Source of the DNA: Candidatus Peregrinibacteria bacterium
Lineage (GTDB): Bacteria > Patescibacteriota > Gracilibacteria > UBA1369 > LOWO2-01-FULL-3
DNA length: 40,000 nt
Direction of reading: 5' to 3'
NCBI GenBank assembly: GCA_018655275.1
Contig: JABIJZ010000002.1
Location: forward strand, 195,748 to 235,747
This document shows, piece by piece, positions 35,657 through 40,000 of the stretch. The translations under genes were made by a program, and so were the position numbers. Below the pieces are notes generated by a model. The model made no database searches. It was given only the letters and a program-made list of their open reading frames with translations, and was not told the DNA's origin. Numbering within the stretch: the stretch's first letter is position 1; every line of letters begins with the position of its first letter.

Positions 35657-37270
35657 CTACCACACCTCCCCCAAATAACATTCCTGACAATAGACCTTCC
35701 TGTCAAAATCTTCAGCAAACGTCGTCTGCACAACCTCCCCACACTTCGAACATTTCCGATCAAACAACTTACGCGGCCCCATTTTCTCCCACAACTTATC
35801 AATCCGCACAGCCGGCGCAAGCACCGGCAACGGCAAACCATATTTCTTATAAAACTTCACCTCCGCATCAAGATATTTGAACTTTTTCCCACTCTCAGGA
35901 CAAACAAAAATCTCCTCGTCCACCTCTTCAGCCAAACCACCCTTCTCCCCCGAAACCACCTCTTTCTCATCCATCCATTTCCAACCCTTTTTCAAAACCT
36001 CAGCCTTCTCCAAAGGATAAAACCGCTGAGCCATAGTGAAATTATAAGGATGCGGTGAATATTCAACCGGGAAAAACTCGCCATATTCACCAGTCCCCCG
36101 CATATGCTCAACAATCCGCTCCTTCAACGCAAAATACTCCTCCTCCGAATACTGTTTATTCAAAATACAAAACTGCTTGTGCTTCAACCCAGCACACCCA
36201 AACAAATTCCGACAACTCCTCAATTCAATACAATAATAAATATCCGTAGAAAACCACGGCAACTGCGAAAACTGCTGATTGTAAGCCTTCGGCCCCGCAT
36301 GCAAACACTCATACATCAGCTCCCCCTCATAGATATTCGTATCATAGCAATCCTTGGAATGATGAATGTCCGTGCAATATCGACAATCTTTGCAATTATC
36401 CACCCAATAACAATCCTTCACATTTTTGCAATTCGACAAATAATCCCCCGAGCTCTCCTCAACATTTATCAAAACTCCCGAAGGATAAACTTGGTCCTTC
36501 ATAAACTCATCAAATCGCTCCCGAGCTCCCTCCAAATCTTCCCGACGACCAGTAAAAATCTCTGCCCAAGCTTTTTCAAACTCCTCCTTCCCCACCGATT
36601 TATTAAAAATACAATATTCCTTATTTCTCAAATTCGCACAAAACAAACACTTCCGGCACCCCTTACAATTCATCAAAAACGCCGAATCATTACAATGAAA
36701 AACATTCTGCGAACAAAAAACCGAATAGCACTTCTCCGCCTTCCGCAAATCATACCCAATCTCCGAATCCCGCACAAAAATACACTCAACCATGTTCTTG
36801 CAATACTGAATATTATACCCGTAATAACAATCCCACGAGCCATCCATCTCATCCGTAAAATAACAATTTTTGTTGCGATGCGCACAGATAATATATTCAC
36901 TATTCGTATTCAAAACCGAATTCGAAATATGCCTCGGCACCTCCCTCGCCATCTCAAAAAACTGCTCAAAAAACGGCCGGTCAAAATCAAAATCCCGCCC
37001 ATACTCCATCGCATCAAACTCCTCAGACTCAAAACAATCATTGCAGTAAGCCTTGAGCCCCTCAATGTCCGGCGAAAACCACGACATCGTCGTCCGCTCG
37101 CATTTATCACACGCCCTCATAAAAAAATCCTTCCCCCGCCAAGCCCATCTCCGTCTCTCACGCTCCGCAGGACACAAAGTCGGCAACGGCGCCTCAATCT
37201 TGCGATAAAACTCCTGATCCCCATCAGTAATCTCAAATTTCTCTCCCGAAACTGCACAAATCTTTTCCAT
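35657..37270 (-). CDS. cysteine-ladder protein, long form (537 aa) with eroded Zn-ribbon ligands
   Basis: Collinear with 25642..27285, including the FFEQ linker, both cap motifs and GEYGEFFPVEYSP. The first ribbon at each end has lost Cys residues (CAVSG, CPAER, CPESG, LAPAVR). Confidence 0.85.
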   Translation of the reverse strand: MEKICAVSGEKFEITDGDQEFYRKIEAPLPTLCPAERERRRWAWRGKDFFMRACDKCERTTMSWFSPDIEGLKAYCNDCFESEEFDAMEYGRDFDFDRPFFEQFFEMAREVPRHISNSVLNTNSEYIICAHRNKNCYFTDEMDGSWDCYYGYNIQYCKNMVECIFVRDSEIGYDLRKAEKCYSVFCSQNVFHCNDSAFLMNCKGCRKCLFCANLRNKEYCIFNKSVGKEEFEKAWAEIFTGRREDLEGARERFDEFMKDQVYPSGVLINVEESSGDYLSNCKNVKDCYWVDNCKDCRYCTDIHHSKDCYDTNIYEGELMYECLHAGPKAYNQQFSQLPWFSTDIYYCIELRSCRNLFGCAGLKHKQFCILNKQYSEEEYFALKERIVEHMRGTGEYGEFFPVEYSPHPYNFTMAQRFYPLEKAEVLKKGWKWMDEKEVVSGEKGGLAEEVDEEIFVCPESGKKFKYLDAEVKFYKKYGLPLPVLAPAVRIDKLWEKMGPRKLFDRKCSKCGEVVQTTFAEDFDRKVYCQECYLGEVW

Positions 37271-37302
37271 ATTTAAAAAGATACTATAAAAACATCAAAT
37301 AA

Positions 37303-37554
37303 TCACCTCAGCTTCTTATACACCTGATTACGAAAACCAACCGCAACTAAATCATTAACATTTTTACCCAACCTACTTTTTCTAAACACAACCCTGTATT
37401 TTTTCCTTCGTATCCGGTACAAATCTCTAAACCCCTTCAACTTTTTCACTTCCTCATCACTCAAATCACCAGCCAAGACCTTTTTCATCGCAGCCAGAAG
37501 CATCAAATAATCTCTCTTCGAGATTTTCCGAATTAATCTTTCATATCTATCCAT
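37303..37554 (-). CDS. RelE/ParE-like type II toxin
   Basis: 83 aa with LKGFRDLYRIRRKKYRVVFRK..LVAVGFRNQVY. Overlaps the upstream antitoxin gene by 8 nt. Confidence 0.55.
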   Translation of the reverse strand: MDRYERLIRKISKRDYLMLLAAMKKVLAGDLSDEEVKKLKGFRDLYRIRRKKYRVVFRKSRLGKNVNDLVAVGFRNQVYKKLR

Positions 37555-37789
37555 GTATTTTTTTTGCCGCAGCTTTAAATTTTTCTATATCCAAACCCTT
37601 ATCACAATAAATCCCAAACCCATTATCATCCTCATAATAAACCACCCCATCTCCTTCATCCGAGATAGGTTTTATCAACAAGCCCATATCAGTCTCCTCC
37701 GCAACAAACTTCGAAGTATCAAACTTCTCCCTCCATTTCTTTGGTAATGTGACTTGCCCAGTATTAAACATATTCAATGTGTAGATCAT
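37547..37789 (-). CDS. AbrB/MazE (SpoVT-AbrB)-type antitoxin
   Basis: 80 aa. The N-terminal NTGQVTLPKKWREKF is typical of the swapped-hairpin AbrB fold. Confidence 0.55.
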   Translation of the reverse strand: MIYTLNMFNTGQVTLPKKWREKFDTSKFVAEETDMGLLIKPISDEGDGVVYYEDDNGFGIYCDKGLDIEKFKAAAKKIHG

Positions 37790-37973
37790 AGCAAAAATTA
37801 GTTAATTTAATTAATTTCACCAATATTGTACACAAGTTAGATTAAAAAAACAACCCCACCCTACCACCCCATCCTTAAATAAATCTTTCAAAAATCTTAA
37901 ATTTTTCTTAATTTTTCTTTAATTTTCCCGTAGAATACAAAACCAGAAACAAAACACCCCCTAACTCCACATA

Positions 37974-39293
37974 ATGACCCCAGCCCAAGACTTTTTCGCC
38001 CCATACAAACCAGTAGCACCAAACGCAATCCAGGTTGCTCAAAACAATTTTGTAGCAGACCCACGCCCAACAGACCCAGCCCTTCCATCAGGACAGAGAA
38101 AACATTCTTTAGCCCAAGGCTTCCTTCTCAATAATAAACAACGGGACAACCAAGACCCAGGCCAATTATTCGAAATGCAATCTGTCACAGAAGCAAAAAG
38201 ACTTTTCTTCGAAGAAGACTTACAAAACCCAGATCTCGACCGATACCTGAGTCCAAAAGACCCCACCCTTCTCAAACTCGAGCCACTCGTGCAAAAGACA
38301 CTCTTCGGAAAACAAAACCCAAGAATCATGACCGCACCCCTACCAGGAATGGCCCCTTCATTCACAACAATATTCACACTCCTTCAACAAGAACACCCTG
38401 AACTCGACACAATAGTCCTAGGCACAAACGGATACGGAGGATACTTAAGCGTACTTCAAAGCTCATTCAAAAACGTAGTCAAATACACCCACTCAACCGA
38501 AGACAACAAATTCAACCTTGAAGAATTCACCAAAACAATCGAAGCCCTACCCAATCCAAGTCAAACAGTCCTACTCCTGCAAGCCGACGCATACAACTAC
38601 ACAGGGGTAAACCCAACATCAGAACAAAAGAAACAAATCATAGAAATCCTCAAAAAACACAAAGTCCTCACCCTAATAGACAACGCATACCAAGGCCTCA
38701 CAAAAGGACTTGGCGAAGACGTAGAGATAGTAAGACTACTAGCAGAAACCGATCTACCCTTCATCGTATACGATTCATATTCAAAAAAATCCCAACTATA
38801 CGGATGGAGAGTCGCTTTCGCACACTTTGTCACAGGAAGTCCAGACCAAGCAAAAACACTTAGAAATAACCTTTACTCTCTCATCAGAAACCGCTTCCTC
38901 GCAATTCCACCAATGTTCAAAGTCATCTATCACTTGCTAAGCAACCCCGAACTTCACAAACAATGGACAGAACAAGACGTCCCAGCTGCACGCGAAATTC
39001 TCACAAACAGCAAAAAACTAATGGCCCAAGAACTCGGTGAAGGATTTGAATATATCCACCCAGACAACACCCAAGGAATGTTCAACAAATTCAACATTTC
39101 CCATAAAGGAGGACAAGAACTCGCCGAAAAATTCCACATCTACGCAGTAAACGCAAAAGACGAAGGCCGCCTCGACGCCCAAGGACAACCCAAAGAATCC
39201 CTCCGCGTCAACATGGGCTCAATCCCCGAACAAGACATCCCATACATTGCAGCCGCATTGAAGGAAATTTATTCTCAACACCAAACCTCATGA
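37974..39293 (+). CDS. class I (AspC-like) PLP-dependent aminotransferase, divergent
   Basis: 439 aa. YNYTGVNPTSEQ, IDNAYQGL, SYSKKSQLYGWRVA and SLRVNMGS align with E. coli AspC HNPTG, FDFAYQGF, SYSKNFGLYNERVG and SGRVNVAG. Confidence 0.78.
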   Translation: MTPAQDFFAPYKPVAPNAIQVAQNNFVADPRPTDPALPSGQRKHSLAQGFLLNNKQRDNQDPGQLFEMQSVTEAKRLFFEEDLQNPDLDRYLSPKDPTLLKLEPLVQKTLFGKQNPRIMTAPLPGMAPSFTTIFTLLQQEHPELDTIVLGTNGYGGYLSVLQSSFKNVVKYTHSTEDNKFNLEEFTKTIEALPNPSQTVLLLQADAYNYTGVNPTSEQKKQIIEILKKHKVLTLIDNAYQGLTKGLGEDVEIVRLLAETDLPFIVYDSYSKKSQLYGWRVAFAHFVTGSPDQAKTLRNNLYSLIRNRFLAIPPMFKVIYHLLSNPELHKQWTEQDVPAAREILTNSKKLMAQELGEGFEYIHPDNTQGMFNKFNISHKGGQELAEKFHIYAVNAKDEGRLDAQGQPKESLRVNMGSIPEQDIPYIAAALKEIYSQHQTS

Positions 39294-39562
39294 CAACCTC
39301 TCAACAACTCGAAAAAGAAATCAAAAGAATCAAAGCCCGAAACAAACGAGTTGAACTCGACAAAGCCTGGGAAACAAGCTGGACCAGAAGAATCCTAACT
39401 CTAACCCTCACGTACTTAATCATATTAGTATTCTTCCTAGTAGCAAAACTCGAAGACCCATACGTAAACGCAACAATCCCAGCTCTCGCATTCGTCACAG
39501 GAACATCATCAATCCCACACTTCAAAAAATTCTGGACCAGATACATCAACAAAAAACGATGA
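39290..39562 (+). CDS. small membrane protein (90 aa, 1-2 TM helices)
   Basis: Hydrophobic ILTLTLTYLIILVFFLVA. ATGA overlaps with both neighbouring genes. Confidence 0.55.
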   Translation: MTTSQQLEKEIKRIKARNKRVELDKAWETSWTRRILTLTLTYLIILVFFLVAKLEDPYVNATIPALAFVTGTSSIPHFKKFWTRYINKKR

Positions 39563-40000
39563 CAACAAAAACCTGCAAATCTTGCAACAAACCCTTCGAA
39601 ATCACCCCAGAGGACGAAAGATTTTACAAACTTTTTGATGTGCCATCCTCAAACTCATGCCCCGACTGCCGACTCCAACGCCGATTAATGGAACGAAACA
39701 CCAAAAACTTATACTGGCGCAAATGCGACCTAACCGGAGAAAAAATCCTTTCACAATTTCACCCCGACCATCCATTCCCAGTCTACAAAACAGAAGACTG
39801 GTGGTCCGACAAATGGAACGCCCTCGACTACGGCGTAGACTTCAACTTCAACCGTCCATTCTTTGAACAATTCAAAGAGCTCCGCGACCGCATCCCCCAC
39901 TTCGCAATGTACGTAATCCACGGCACCCAAGAAAATTCCGAATACACCAACTGCACCGGCTATCTCAAAAACTGCTACATGATTTTCGAAAGCGACTACG
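39559..40000 (+). CDS. cysteine-ladder protein, long form, 3' end cut by the window edge
   Basis: Hand-translated and absent from the ORF track because no stop falls in the window: MTTKTCKSCNKPFEITPEDERFYKLFDVPSSNSCPDCRLQRR..YGVDFNFNRPFFEQFKEL..NSEYTNCTGYLKNCY. Collinear with the N-termini of 25642 and 37270. Confidence 0.8.
   Translation, partial: MTTKTCKSCNKPFEITPEDERFYKLFDVPSSNSCPDCRLQRRLMERNTKNLYWRKCDLTGEKILSQFHPDHPFPVYKTEDWWSDKWNALDYGVDFNFNRPFFEQFKELRDRIPHFAMYVIHGTQENSEYTNCTGYLKNCYMIFESDY

Noticed and set aside
37790-37973. The AT-rich quasi-palindrome (TTAATTTAATTAA) upstream of the AbrB-type antitoxin as an autoregulatory operator.
   Set aside because: It is plausible, but such AT-rich palindromes arise easily by chance in sequence of this composition, and I cannot distinguish signal from background.
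1-40000. Alternative genetic code (UGA recoding, as in some CPR lineages).
   Set aside because: TGA ends several conserved genes at their expected lengths (rplN, rpoA, the first antitoxin, the 90-aa membrane protein). No conserved gene needs read-through, so the standard bacterial code fits.
1-40000. CRISPR arrays, rRNA genes, IS elements.
   Set aside because: No regularly spaced direct repeats, rRNA-like sequence or transposase ORFs were seen on either strand.

Overview
The window is bacterial, AT-rich, and shows purine-rich coding strands. Standard code 11 applies, because TGA terminates conserved genes at normal lengths. Positions 1-23.8 kb hold a nearly complete ribosomal super-operon: fusA-tuf-rpsJ, then rplC through rplO (S10 and spc blocks), secY-adk-map-infA-rpmJ, rpsM-rpsK-rpsD-rpoA-rplQ, and rplM-rpsI. 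rpmD (L30) is absent, rpsL/rpsG are not upstream of fusA, and no gene has a recognisable Shine-Dalgarno sequence. I infer from this a small-genome Patescibacteria/CPR-like organism, but that placement is not proven. Two things stand out. (1) The normally invariant rpsJ-rplC junction is split by a 2.8 kb insert at 5146-7932. It carries one + strand orphan gene and three tandem paralogous small acidic proteins on the - strand, each transcription unit with a near-consensus sigma70-type promoter. (2) Positions 23.8-40 kb form an accessory region dominated by five paralogs of a cysteine-ladder protein family that I cannot assign to any characterised family. Two are short forms and three are long forms with Zn-ribbon end-caps. 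They are interleaved with small orphan proteins, a secreted DPBB-like protein, a 1152-aa multidomain protein (split methyltransferase, PAS, coiled coil, GATase1-like), an operon linking an AbrB/RelE toxin-antitoxin pair to a Cys-rich paralog, a hydrolase-less Rel synthetase-TGS protein and a PAS-PAS-GAF sensor, and a divergent AspC-like aminotransferase. All coordinates I derived by hand (promoters, hairpins, revised starts) may be off by 1-2 nt.
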